A DNA stretch of 64,000 bases from Candidatus Fermentibacteraceae bacterium (GCA_041750285.1 JBGSZS010000004.1:224001-288000), one strand, 5' to 3'; numbered from the stretch's first letter, positions 1 through 9,519 are shown. A program made the numbers and translations. Notes: generated from the letters alone by a model not told the origin.

Positions 1-1
1 A

Positions 2-757
2 CCCTTCATCGACCACCTCTACGGAATAGTGGCCCTCGATGACGCGGGATGCGTTCTGATATTCTCGCTGGCAATGGCCGTCGCGGGGGGATCCCTCGGG
101 GGAGGCACGGGCCTGGCCGGCTCCATCATGCACGGCCTTAGAGAAATAGCAGGTTCGCTGCTCCTGGGCGCCGCGACGGGCTGGATACTCAGCCTGACCA
201 CCGCCAGGAACAGGAGGTCGAACGAGATCTACATCATCAGCCTCGGTCTGCTGTGCATCATGACCGCCCTGGCGACAACCTGCGGTCTTTCGCCCCTGCT
301 CGCGGGCATGGCGGCCGGAACCGTTCTGGCCAATTCACGGCACGGAAGCTGGAAGGTCGTCGCCTCGCTGGAACAGATCTCCCCTCCCATGTACGCCGCA
401 TTCTTCGCGATAGCGGGGACCGAACTGAACCTTGGTTCGTTCGGAACGGGAAGCATTCTCCTGATGGGTGTTCTGTTCGTTGCCTCAAGGGCGGTGGGCA
501 AATACTTCGGAGTGCGTCTGGGCGCGGGACTGGCGGGTTGCGATCCGCTGCTGCGAAAATACCTTGGCTTCGCCATGCTGCCGCAGGCGGGAGTTGCAAT
601 CGGCCTTGCCCTGTTCGTTCAGTCCTCGCCCATCCTCATCGGTCACGAGCAGCTCAGTTCCATCATAGTAAGCGTCACTCTTCTTTCGGTCTTCGTCAAT
701 GAACTGCTGGGGCCGCCGATCTCAAGGTTCGCCCTTGTCCGCGGCGCGACCCTCTAG
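2..757 (+). CDS. Cation:proton antiporter (CPA2/KefB-like), 5'-truncated by window edge
   Basis: Frame open from position 2 (PFIDHLYGIVALDDA...); multiple hydrophobic helices; LSPLLAGMAAG, FFAIAGTEL, MLPQAGVAIGLA and VNELLGP motifs typical of CPA2 exchangers. Confidence 0.85.
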   Translation, partial: PFIDHLYGIVALDDAGCVLIFSLAMAVAGGSLGGGTGLAGSIMHGLREIAGSLLLGAATGWILSLTTARNRRSNEIYIISLGLLCIMTALATTCGLSPLLAGMAAGTVLANSRHGSWKVVASLEQISPPMYAAFFAIAGTELNLGSFGTGSILLMGVLFVASRAVGKYFGVRLGAGLAGCDPLLRKYLGFAMLPQAGVAIGLALFVQSSPILIGHEQLSSIIVSVTLLSVFVNELLGPPISRFALVRGATL

Positions 758-765
758 GAGGCACT

Positions 766-1596
766 GTGAAACTCAAGGAGATTCTCGACCCCGGAAGCTG
801 CAGCACCAGCCTTGAGGCCAGGAACAGGGACGATGCCGTAATCCTTATGGCCGGTCTTCTGGCGGCCAACCCGGCGGCCGGGGGTGTCCCTCCCGATGAG
901 ATCGTCAGGGGTCTTCTGGAGAGGGAGAAACTGGGATCGACCGGTGTGGGCGACGGCGTTGCAATACCGCACTGCAGGATCGATTCAATGAAGGATTTCT
1001 CGCTGGCACTCGCCGTATGCCGCAGGGGTGTCGGCTGGAATTCCATTGACGGGCGAAGCGTTCACATCATCTGCGCAATTGCCGGTCCGGGGGACGCAAC
1101 CGACGAACACCTCAGGATACTCGCGGGTGCGGCCCGTGTTCTCGGCAAGGGCAAGGCCCGTCACGAGATACTCAACAGCGACACGACCTTCGCCATGAGG
1201 GAGGCCTTCCTCTACCACCTCGTCCCCGTTACTTCACGGCTGGAAGAGGGCCGGCGGGACAAGCGGAAGCTTGTGATAATGGTCCTGCAGGAGGAGGAGA
1301 CCTACAACAGGGTCATGGAGCTATTCCTCGAGGGAGGCATCGAGGGCTCGGTGACCATAAACGCAAGCATGATGGGAACGGTTCTCTCCAACGTTCCCCT
1401 TTTCGCCGGTTTCATGGATGTCCTGGGGCGCAGCCGCCCCGAACCCAGGGTCGTGCTTACCCTGCTCGCGGAGGACAGGGTGGACGAAATGGTCTCGGAG
1501 ATCGAGGCCATCACGGGTGATCTGGACACCCATCGCGGAGCATGCATAATCGTTTCGGACCCGTTGATAATACGCGGAAGCCTTGAAACACTCTGA
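766..1596 (+). CDS. PTS EIIA (Ntr/fructose-type) domain fused to C-terminal PII-like domain
   Basis: SD TAGGAG then GTG; REKLGSTGVGDGVAIPH EIIA phospho-His motif, HLRILA; C-terminal ~110 aa (KLVIMVL...GIEGSVTI...VPLFAG...IEAITGDL) has a PII/ferredoxin-like pattern. Confidence 0.8.
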   Translation: MKLKEILDPGSCSTSLEARNRDDAVILMAGLLAANPAAGGVPPDEIVRGLLEREKLGSTGVGDGVAIPHCRIDSMKDFSLALAVCRRGVGWNSIDGRSVHIICAIAGPGDATDEHLRILAGAARVLGKGKARHEILNSDTTFAMREAFLYHLVPVTSRLEEGRRDKRKLVIMVLQEEETYNRVMELFLEGGIEGSVTINASMMGTVLSNVPLFAGFMDVLGRSRPEPRVVLTLLAEDRVDEMVSEIEAITGDLDTHRGACIIVSDPLIIRGSLETL

Positions 1597-1609
1597 AAGG
1601 ACACCTGTC

Positions 1610-3046
1610 ATGGATAACCTTGAGGCAAGGATGAGGGAGCTCTTCACAAGGATTGAGACGAACAACCGCTGGCGCCAGACCGAGTGCATCAACCTCATAC
1701 CTTCCGAGAACACGCCATCCCCCCTTGTGAAGGTCTGCGAGCTGTGCGACCCCGCCGGCAGGTATGCGGAACACCGCTCCATGAAGGGACGCGAGGTCTA
1801 CTTCTACCACGGGACCGACTTCATCAGGGACATCGAACAGGAGGCCTCCGCAGCACTTTGCGAATACTTCGGCTGCACCGAGACCGAGCTTAGACCAGTC
1901 AGCGGCCAGATGGCCAACGAGGTCGTCTTCAAGGCCGTCACGAAGATGGTGAACCGTGAAGGCGGCAGCTGGAGGCGCCTCAGGGCCGTTATGAACAACG
2001 ACCTCGGCATGGGCGGGCACCTTTCCAGCCAGCCCATGGGCGCCCTTTTCAACTTCGTCGACCACAATCCAGCCACGGGGCAGGAGAACTGCGTGAATTT
2101 CCCGGTCCAGCCCGACAACCCCTACAAGATCGACGTGAAGCGGATGCTCGAGCTTCTGGACGAACACAGGCCCGAACTGGTTGTTTTCGGCAAGAGCATG
2201 TTCCTCTACCCCGAACCGGTGAAGGTCCTGGCCGACCATGTCGCGGACTGGACGGACCGCCCGGTGATAATGTACGACATGGCCCATGTGCTCGGGCTCT
2301 ACGGTGCGTTCCAGGCCCCTCTGGCCGACGGCGCCGACGTGGTGACCGGCTCGACCCACAAGACGTTCTTCGGACCCCAGAGGGGCGTCATTGCCTCAAA
2401 CATGAACAAGAAGCACCCGCTTAGAAAACTCTGGCTCGACATCAACAGCAGGGCATTCCCGGGCAGCACCTCGAATCACCACCTCGCAACGCTTCTCGGG
2501 CTTCTCGTGGCAACGGTGGAGATGAATGCCTTCAAGGACGAATACCAGAACCAGGTCCTGAGGAACGCCAGGGCCTTCGCGCGGCATCTGGCAGACAGCG
2601 GGCTTCGGATCGAGGGCGACCCCGCCGACGGCTACACCATGACCCACCAGGTAGTGCTGAGGGTGAAGGAGCACGGCGACGGCGCAGCGATAGCGGACAG
2701 GCTTCAGGAGAACAACATCATCGTGAACTATCAGGCGCTGCCCGATGACGAGACCTTCCTCACCCCGTCGGGCATCCGCACTGGCGTCAGCGAGATGACC
2801 CGATTCGGGATGAACGAGGCCGACTTCGCCCCACTGGCCGGGCTGATGGCCGCCGTGATAATCCGGGGAGAGGATGTTCGGCAGAAGGTTAAGGACTTAA
2901 GGAGCCGCTTCACTTCGATGCGCTACACCCTGCCCCTCAGGGAAAGCATCGACCTGGCCGCCTCAGCAATGGCGACCTCTTTCCCGACTTCGGAGTATTC
3001 GTCCCTTTTCGCAGAGAACCTTTCAAGGTTCGCAAAAGGAAGGTGA
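1610..3046 (+). CDS. glyA: Serine hydroxymethyltransferase (PLP-dependent)
   Basis: INLIPSEN, GRYAE, SGQMAN, GGHLS, YDMAHVLGL, TGSTHKTFFGPQRG (PLP lysine), SGIRTG motifs; ATG at 1610 after AAGGA. Confidence 0.9.
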   Translation: MDNLEARMRELFTRIETNNRWRQTECINLIPSENTPSPLVKVCELCDPAGRYAEHRSMKGREVYFYHGTDFIRDIEQEASAALCEYFGCTETELRPVSGQMANEVVFKAVTKMVNREGGSWRRLRAVMNNDLGMGGHLSSQPMGALFNFVDHNPATGQENCVNFPVQPDNPYKIDVKRMLELLDEHRPELVVFGKSMFLYPEPVKVLADHVADWTDRPVIMYDMAHVLGLYGAFQAPLADGADVVTGSTHKTFFGPQRGVIASNMNKKHPLRKLWLDINSRAFPGSTSNHHLATLLGLLVATVEMNAFKDEYQNQVLRNARAFARHLADSGLRIEGDPADGYTMTHQVVLRVKEHGDGAAIADRLQENNIIVNYQALPDDETFLTPSGIRTGVSEMTRFGMNEADFAPLAGLMAAVIIRGEDVRQKVKDLRSRFTSMRYTLPLRESIDLAASAMATSFPTSEYSSLFAENLSRFAKGR

Positions 3047-3050
3047 AACC

Positions 3051-3488
3051 ATGACGATCATGGCGCTGATCCTCGCCTGCTCCATCTATGGGGGGCAGGG
3101 AAGCGACCTCGGGCTGGGCATCATCATCGGTGAACCCACGGGCATCTGCGTCAAGTACTTCACGTCCCCCACGGGTGCGGTTGCAGGGGCCGCCGCATGG
3201 AGCCTCTCCGGCGACGAGAAGGCGCTCCACATCTACGGCGACTACCTGTTTCACATTTCCGAACTGGCCACGTGGGATGGGGGCCGGTCGCCCTTCTACG
3301 CCGGAGTGGGTGGCAGGGCGATCTTCAGGGATGATCCCATCGCCGGCATCAGGATCCCTGTGGGCATGTCGTGGGTCTTCGACGAAGCCCCGTTCGATGC
3401 ATTTCTGGAGATAGTGCCGGTGATGGACATCGCACCGGACACTGAGTTCGATGTTGCGGGAGGCGCGGGAGCAAGGTTCTGGTTCTAG
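3051..3488 (+). CDS. Small outer-membrane beta-barrel protein (DUF3996-like)
   Basis: Signal-peptide-like N-terminus, LGLGIIIGEPTGI motif, alternating hydrophobic strands, C-terminal aromatic RFWF. Confidence 0.6.
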   Translation: MTIMALILACSIYGGQGSDLGLGIIIGEPTGICVKYFTSPTGAVAGAAAWSLSGDEKALHIYGDYLFHISELATWDGGRSPFYAGVGGRAIFRDDPIAGIRIPVGMSWVFDEAPFDAFLEIVPVMDIAPDTEFDVAGGAGARFWF

Positions 3489-3504
3489 TCGGAAGGATCG
3501 TTGG

Positions 3505-5904
3505 ATGAAGCTTCTCATAGTAGGTGGGGTCGCCGGTGGAGCCAGCGCCGCCGCCCGGGCCAGAAGGCTCGATGAAAACGCCGAGATAATCGTGTTCGAG
3601 CGGGGCGACTACATCAGCTTCGCAAACTGCGGGCTGCCCTATCACATCGGCGGGGCCATCCCCTCCCGGGAGAGCCTTCTGCTGATGACCCCCGAGAAGT
3701 TCCTCAAGCGGTTCGACGTGACTTTCAGAACGGGTCACCTTGTGACTTCCATCGACCCCGAAGGCCGTACGGTGACGGTTCGCGACCTGGCAAAGGCCGA
3801 AACCTATCGGGAGAGTTATGACAGCCTGATCCTCTCCACGGGTTCGACCCCGCTTGTCCCACCGATCCCGGGAAAGGACAACAGGGACGTCCTTGTCCTC
3901 TGGACCGTTCCCGACATGGACGCGATCATGGACCGCATAAGGGCGGGCGCCCGGCGGGCGGTCGTAGTCGGCGGCGGGTTCATCGGCGTGGAAACGGCCG
4001 AGAACCTCGTGACGGCAGGTCTCGAAACCACCCTTGTCGAAAAGGAACCCTGGATCCTTCCTTTCCTTGACCCGGAAATGACCGCCCCCCTCACCAGGGC
4101 TCTCTCCGGGGGTGGTGTGCGCCTGCTCACGGGTTCGACCGTCGAAGGCATCGAAGAGGCCGAAAAGGGGCTCAGGGTGATGATCCAGGGCGCCGCACCC
4201 GTACAGACCGATTTCGTGGTGATGGCAGCCGGCGTCAAACCCAACGGAGAGCTGGCAAAGACGGCCGGTCTGACCACCGCCCCCAACGGCGCGATCATCG
4301 TGGACGAATTCCTTCGCACCAGCTCCCCGCACATATATGCTGTTGGCGATGCGGTCCAGACCGTGCATCCCATCCTGGGCGAGCGCATGTCCATCCCGCT
4401 GGCGGGACCCGCGAACAGGCAGGGACGGACGGCCGCGGAGAACGCCATGGGAGGCAACGTAAGCTGTCCTGGAACCATGGGTGCCTCGGTGGTCAAGGTT
4501 TTCGACATCACGGCAGCCTCCGCGGGAGCCTCCGAAACCCAGCTCGCAAGACGGGGGATCCCCCACGAGAAGGTGTACCTGCACCCCTCCTCCCACGCCT
4601 CCTACTACCCGGGCTCGGCCAGGATAAGCATGAAGGTGCTCTTCAGCCCCGAAGGCGTCATCCTGGGAGCCCAGGCCGTGGGCGAGGACGGTGTGGACAA
4701 GCGAATAGACGTTCTCGCAACGGCGATAAGAAAAGGTCTCACGGTCCGTGACCTCACCATGCTCGAACTCTGCTACGCCCCGCCCTACGGCAGCGCAAAG
4801 GATCCGGTGAACTACGCAGGTTACGTTGCCAGCAACGTTCTGGATGGTCTGACGAAGCAGGTGCACGTCCACGGCATCCCGTCCGACGCCTTCCTTCTCG
4901 ACGTCAGGGAACCCGAGGAATGGGAACTCGGCACGATCCCCGGCAGCACTCACATACCGCTCGACACACTTCGACAGAGACTTGGGGAGATACCCCGGAA
5001 CAAGCCGGTGGTCGTTTTCTGCGCCCAGGGCCAAAGGGCCTACTCGGCTGAACGGATGCTGAGGCAGAAGGGTTACGAAGTCTCCAACCTCTCGGGGGGC
5101 TACCTGACCTGGCGGATGTTCCACCCTGAAACCCACCGCGTCGCCGCCACCACGGAAGCAGCCCCCGCGAAGGCCCCTGAGGCCGACGCAGTGGTCGATG
5201 CCTCGGGGCTGCAGTGCCCCGGCCCCCTCGTCCAGGTCTCAAGGGCAATGAAGGACCTGGCTCCCGGCGAGGTGCTGCTGGCCCGGGCCACGGACAGGGG
5301 CTTCAGGAGCGACCTTCCTGCATGGTGCGGTTCGACCGGCAATACTCTGTTGGGAATGACCGAAGAAAAGGGCGTTTTCACCGCACGCGTCAGGAAGGGA
5401 GGGGCTGAATCCCCCGCATCGGCTCAGAAAGGATCAAAGAGAACCACCATGGTCCTTTTCTCGGGTGACATGGACAAGAACCTTGCCGCGCTGATCATTG
5501 CAACCGGCTTCGCCAGCCTCGGCCACCAGGTAACCGTTTTCTGCACCTTCTGGGGGCTTTCCATACTCCGCAGGGAAAGGCCGCCACGGGTGAAGAAGGG
5601 CTTCCTCGACAGGATGTTCGGCGCGATGCTGCCCACGGGCCCCAGAAAGCTCGCGCTCTCGAAGCTGCACATGATGGGCGCCGGCACGGCCATGATGAAG
5701 CACGTGATGAGGTCGAAGGGGGTCGATTCCCTGCCTGACATGCTCTCACGTGCCCAGCAGATGGGGGTCGTCTTTCAAGCCTGCGAGATGTCCATGGGGG
5801 TCATGGGCATAACGAGGGAGGAACTGATACCCGGCGTGGAGACCGCCGGCGTGGGGACCTTCGCCTCACTTGCGGAGAAGAGCGCGGCGACCCTGTTCAT
5901 CTGA
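3505..5904 (+). CDS. CoA-disulfide/persulfide reductase fused to rhodanese, TusA/SirA and DsrE-like domains
   Basis: GGVAGG FAD motif, SFANCGLPY redox Cys, GGGFIG NAD motif, CYAPPY; rhodanese LLDVRE...FCAQGQR; TusA DASGLQCPGP; DsrE-like FCTFWG and ACEMSM. Confidence 0.9.
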   Translation: MKLLIVGGVAGGASAAARARRLDENAEIIVFERGDYISFANCGLPYHIGGAIPSRESLLLMTPEKFLKRFDVTFRTGHLVTSIDPEGRTVTVRDLAKAETYRESYDSLILSTGSTPLVPPIPGKDNRDVLVLWTVPDMDAIMDRIRAGARRAVVVGGGFIGVETAENLVTAGLETTLVEKEPWILPFLDPEMTAPLTRALSGGGVRLLTGSTVEGIEEAEKGLRVMIQGAAPVQTDFVVMAAGVKPNGELAKTAGLTTAPNGAIIVDEFLRTSSPHIYAVGDAVQTVHPILGERMSIPLAGPANRQGRTAAENAMGGNVSCPGTMGASVVKVFDITAASAGASETQLARRGIPHEKVYLHPSSHASYYPGSARISMKVLFSPEGVILGAQAVGEDGVDKRIDVLATAIRKGLTVRDLTMLELCYAPPYGSAKDPVNYAGYVASNVLDGLTKQVHVHGIPSDAFLLDVREPEEWELGTIPGSTHIPLDTLRQRLGEIPRNKPVVVFCAQGQRAYSAERMLRQKGYEVSNLSGGYLTWRMFHPETHRVAATTEAAPAKAPEADAVVDASGLQCPGPLVQVSRAMKDLAPGEVLLARATDRGFRSDLPAWCGSTGNTLLGMTEEKGVFTARVRKGGAESPASAQKGSKRTTMVLFSGDMDKNLAALIIATGFASLGHQVTVFCTFWGLSILRRERPPRVKKGFLDRMFGAMLPTGPRKLALSKLHMMGAGTAMMKHVMRSKGVDSLPDMLSRAQQMGVVFQACEMSMGVMGITREELIPGVETAGVGTFASLAEKSAATLFI

Positions 5905-5914
5905 CCGCGGACGC

Positions 5915-6481
5915 CTAAAGAAGCGCCTGTTTGATGCCTTCAGCCAGAAGGGCCACCACTCTCACAGCCCGGGCGGTGCGCGTTTCCGGTTTCCGGGCAG
6001 CGGCCACGTAATCCATGTAGCGTTTCCGGTAGGAGGGTGCGAGTTCGGCGAAAAAGAGGGCCGCCTTCTCGTTGATCTCGAGCGCATCTTCAAGTTCGGC
6101 GGGCATGGTGAACTCCCGTGCGGGTTTTCCGTACCACAGCCCCCTTTCGCGGGCGATGCGCACCTGCTCCATTCCGGCTTCGGTCATCAGACCCCTTGCC
6201 ATGAGGTCAACGGCCCGTTCTCGGTTGGCCTCGCTCCATTCGCTGCCCCTTCGCCGCGGGGTGAAAAGACGAAGGTAGCGTGAGTCGTCACCCCTTGCTA
6301 TGAGGCTGTCGATCCATCCGAAGCAGATGGCTTCCTCAAGCGCGTCCTCGTAGGTGAAAACTGCGGCCGGAGCCTTCCGGAACTCCAGCCACACCCCCGG
6401 TGACTCCTGATGGTTGCTCTGGAGCCAGAGACGCCACTGGGCACGGCCCGCAAGCGCAAGAACATCCCTTTTCACAGCCAT
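5915..6481 (-). CDS. YdeI/OmpD-associated family protein
   Basis: WRLWLQSNH, EEAICFGWIDS, FTPRRRGSEWSEANRER, GLMTEAG, ARKPETRTAR motifs. Confidence 0.85.
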   Translation of the reverse strand: MAVKRDVLALAGRAQWRLWLQSNHQESPGVWLEFRKAPAAVFTYEDALEEAICFGWIDSLIARGDDSRYLRLFTPRRRGSEWSEANRERAVDLMARGLMTEAGMEQVRIARERGLWYGKPAREFTMPAELEDALEINEKAALFFAELAPSYRKRYMDYVAAARKPETRTARAVRVVALLAEGIKQALL

Positions 6482-6646
6482 GCCCAAAACTCAGCCCCGG
6501 AAGCAGTCCTGTCAAGTAGCGAAAAAGGATGAACGGCAACAAAGATGATTGCCATGGTCGCTTCGGCTCTTTGCGACCTCTTTCCGACCCCCAAGCCTTT
6601 ACCGAAGCAGGAACGGAACAGATTGTTCCTTCACGGGAGGTGAATC

Positions 6647-6934
6647 ATGAGCCTTGAACATACTCTGGCAGTTCTAAGGAACCTGCAGCCCACCCTGAGA
6701 CAGATGTTTGGATTTGAGAGACACGGGGTGTTCGGATCCCTGGCAAGGCACGAAGCAGGTAATGACAGCGATATCGACATTGTTGTCGTAATGCCTCCCG
6801 ACCTTTACGCCATGTTTCATCTGAAGGAAAAGCTGGAAGAGGCTCTGAATACACCTGTCGATCTTGTCAGATACAGGGCGGGTATGAACGCGCTGCTCAA
6901 GGAACGGATTGAGCGGGATGCCGTTTATGTTTGA
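6647..6934 (+). CDS. Minimal nucleotidyltransferase (MNT) antitoxin, MntA-like
   Basis: 95 aa; GVFGS-X10-DID motif (GSLARHEAGNDSDID), VDLV; SD GGAGGT; overlaps downstream HEPN gene. Confidence 0.85.
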   Translation: MSLEHTLAVLRNLQPTLRQMFGFERHGVFGSLARHEAGNDSDIDIVVVMPPDLYAMFHLKEKLEEALNTPVDLVRYRAGMNALLKERIERDAVYV

Positions 6935-7229
6935 CCTTCCGCTTCTCAAAAGCATCATTTCACAGGTGATCGAGAGTGTCGACAAGATCGAGAAGCGGTT
7001 CGAGAAGTATGGTGGAGTGCCATTTACGAATGAGCATCCGGAGATCGATTGGAAAGGTGCCATCGGAGCAAGGGACTTCCTAAGTCATCACTGCTTCGAT
7101 CTTGACGCCGAGGTTGTTTTTCAGATCTGTAAGTACAGGATCCCTGATCTGAAAAAGGCCGTCACGGAAATCATGGCAAGCCTTCAGAGCAGTTTTCAGC
7201 AGGGCAAATCAGGTATCCCTGCCGTTTGA
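6927..7229 (+). pseudogene. HEPN (DUF86/HepT-like) toxin, apparently internally deleted
   Basis: PEIDWK..IGARDFLSHH RX4H motif, directly after MNT; lacks the central helix normally lying between KRFE and the PEIDW segment; ORF is still open. Confidence 0.6.
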
Positions 7230-7363
7230 TCCACCAAGGAAGCGATCCTTCTTCCGGTGCGGTCACTTCGCCCCCGGCAGGGAATCGTTCGTTATTATTG
7301 GCCAGGGCTCGGGCCCGTTCGATTCTCCGGGGTGAACCGCGAACAAGTACTGGAGCTTTTGCA

Positions 7364-8479
7364 GTGAAGATACTGGGCCAGATATCCAAGGGCCTTGAAG
7401 AACTCGGCGCCGGGGAACTCACACGGCTCGGTGCGACGTCGGTCGTCCCCGTCTTCAGGGGGGTCTTCTTCGAGACGGATGCCGCGGGCGCCATGCGCAT
7501 CAACTACACATCCCGGCTCTTCGACCGTTTCCTGCTCCAGCTCGCGTCCTTCCCGGGCCACACGTCCGACCAGCTCTACGCCAGGGCGGTCAGGTTCCCA
7601 TGGGAGGATACTTTCGGAGTCGGGTCAACGTTCGCCATCTCCTCAGCCGTCTCGGGAGGGGGTATACGCCACTCGCAGTGGGCCGCGCTCAAGCTCAAGG
7701 ACGCCATCGCCGACCATTTCAGGGAGCTCTGCGGCAAAAGACCCTCGGTCGACAGGCACGACGCCGACGTGAACCTCGATCTGCGTATCAGGGACAACAA
7801 GGCCGAGGTCAGGCTGGACCTCTCGGGGGGAGCGCTTCACCGCAGGGGTTACAGGAAGGAGACCGTTCCGGCACCGATTCGCGAGACCGTGGCTGCCGCA
7901 GCCCTCGAGATGACTGAGTGGAACGGCGAGACGCCGCTGGTCGACCCCATGTGCGGTTCGGGCACGATGCTGTGCGAGGCTCTCATGAAGCATTGCAGGG
8001 TTCCTGCAGGCTTCCTCAGGCAGAAGTGGGGTTTTTTCCACATGGAGGGGTTCACGCAAAAAGAGTGGCAGGAAGTAAAGGGCGAAGCCGACGCCGCCAT
8101 CACGAACCTGCCTCCCGGACTGATTTCGGGAAGCGACATCTCAAGGGCTGCCGTGAGCGCTGCCCGCGCGAACCTTGCAACCCTGCCGGGGGGTGTAAAT
8201 GTCGCCGTCACACTCGGTGACTGGAGGAACAGCCCCGGCATCACCTCCTCCGTGATCCTCACCAACCCTCCCCACGGCATCAGGATATTCGAGGACACGG
8301 CCGGTTCACTTCTCGGCGAATTCGGTGACTTCCTGAAACAGAGGTGCGCGGGGACCCGGGCCTTCATCTACATCGGCGACACGGCGCTTCTTAAGAAGGT
8401 CGGGCTAAGGTCGACCTGGCGGAAGGAACTGGTGTCCGGGGGGCTCGACGGCCGTCTGGCCCGGTACGACCTCTACTGA
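7364..8479 (+). CDS. THUMP-domain class I SAM-dependent RNA methyltransferase (RlmL/RlmK N-terminal-like)
   Basis: LKLKDAIADHF, LHRRGYR, APIRETVAAA, DPMCGSGTMLCEA, TNPPHG motifs; GTG start after TGGAG. Confidence 0.85.
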   Translation: MKILGQISKGLEELGAGELTRLGATSVVPVFRGVFFETDAAGAMRINYTSRLFDRFLLQLASFPGHTSDQLYARAVRFPWEDTFGVGSTFAISSAVSGGGIRHSQWAALKLKDAIADHFRELCGKRPSVDRHDADVNLDLRIRDNKAEVRLDLSGGALHRRGYRKETVPAPIRETVAAAALEMTEWNGETPLVDPMCGSGTMLCEALMKHCRVPAGFLRQKWGFFHMEGFTQKEWQEVKGEADAAITNLPPGLISGSDISRAAVSAARANLATLPGGVNVAVTLGDWRNSPGITSSVILTNPPHGIRIFEDTAGSLLGEFGDFLKQRCAGTRAFIYIGDTALLKKVGLRSTWRKELVSGGLDGRLARYDLY

Positions 8480-8500
8480 TGAAGGGAAAACGGTAACCCT

Positions 8501-9508
8501 GTGTTCTCCGCCGAATACCTTGCCGGGCTTGGGTCTTCGCTCGACATCATAGGCCAGATGGCCATCCTAGTCCTTCTGGGCTACCTGATGACAAGGCGGG
8601 GGTGGATAGGCTCCGGCACCCTTTCCGACCTCACCAGGGTGCTGATAGACCTCGTACTCCCCTGCACGTTCATACTGGCCATGGCCCGTGCGTTCACGCC
8701 GGAGTTCTTCGGCAGCGGAGCCGTTCTTGCCGCGGTGTCCGCGGGTTGGGTAATCGCTGCCTGGCTGTTCGGAACGGTCTGGTTCCGCCTCCTTCCAAGC
8801 GGCCATCCTTCCATGGACAGGTCGGTAACCGCCATGATGATGGTCTCCAACAGCCTCTACCTTCCGCTGCCGGTGATGCTTGCGGTCACCCCGGCCGCCC
8901 TTCACGACAGGGCGGTGGTTTACATCTCCATGGTTGCCGTTCCCTCGATAATCGCCAACTGGACAGCCGGGGTGGCGCTTCTGAGCGGAGGCCGGCGCCC
9001 CACGGCGCGGGAACGGCTGAAGCTGCTTCTCAACGCCCCCATACTCTCACTTTTTGCGGGAATACTCCTCAGTTTCATCCCGGGGGTCCGGGAGGCGGCC
9101 AGGGGTGAACCCGGAGCCTTCGTTCCCGCCCGGGCGCTCTTTTCGGTCATGGAATACCTGGGACGCATCCTCTCCCCCCTTGCCATGATAATCCTGGGTG
9201 GGATGATAGCCTCGGGACGGGGTGCCGGACGCGTAAGGCTGCGGTTCTCAGTCCCGCTCATCGCGGTGAGGCTGGCGCTGATACCAGGTGCGGTCTACCT
9301 GCTTGTCACACGGATCGATACAGGCCTGCCACCCCTTGCTCTCACCGCCCTGCTTCTGGCCGCAGCGGCGCCCCCGGCAACCAACCACGCGCTCATCGCA
9401 AGAAGGTACAACGGGGAGTGGGAGCTGGTCTCGAAACTGCAGCTCGTGGTTCACGCGGCGGCGCTTCTGACGCTGCCCCTTTGGCTCAGTCTCGGGCTTG
9501 GTTTCTGA
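8501..9508 (+). CDS. AEC (auxin efflux carrier) family transporter
   Basis: About 10 TM helices; NSLYLPLP, LLNAP, PLAMIILG, AAPPAT motifs. Confidence 0.8.
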   Translation: MFSAEYLAGLGSSLDIIGQMAILVLLGYLMTRRGWIGSGTLSDLTRVLIDLVLPCTFILAMARAFTPEFFGSGAVLAAVSAGWVIAAWLFGTVWFRLLPSGHPSMDRSVTAMMMVSNSLYLPLPVMLAVTPAALHDRAVVYISMVAVPSIIANWTAGVALLSGGRRPTARERLKLLLNAPILSLFAGILLSFIPGVREAARGEPGAFVPARALFSVMEYLGRILSPLAMIILGGMIASGRGAGRVRLRFSVPLIAVRLALIPGAVYLLVTRIDTGLPPLALTALLLAAAAPPATNHALIARRYNGEWELVSKLQLVVHAAALLTLPLWLSLGLGF

Positions 9509-9519
9509 GTAAAGCACCC

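Noticed and set aside
6529..6660. Small ~42-codon ORF upstream of the MNT gene
   Set aside because: No motif or coding signal; it overlaps the likely promoter and the MNT start
7305..7340. GTTCGATTC resembling a tRNA T-loop or att remnant beside the TA pair
   Set aside because: Flanks do not form a T-stem or acceptor stem, and no integrase is nearby
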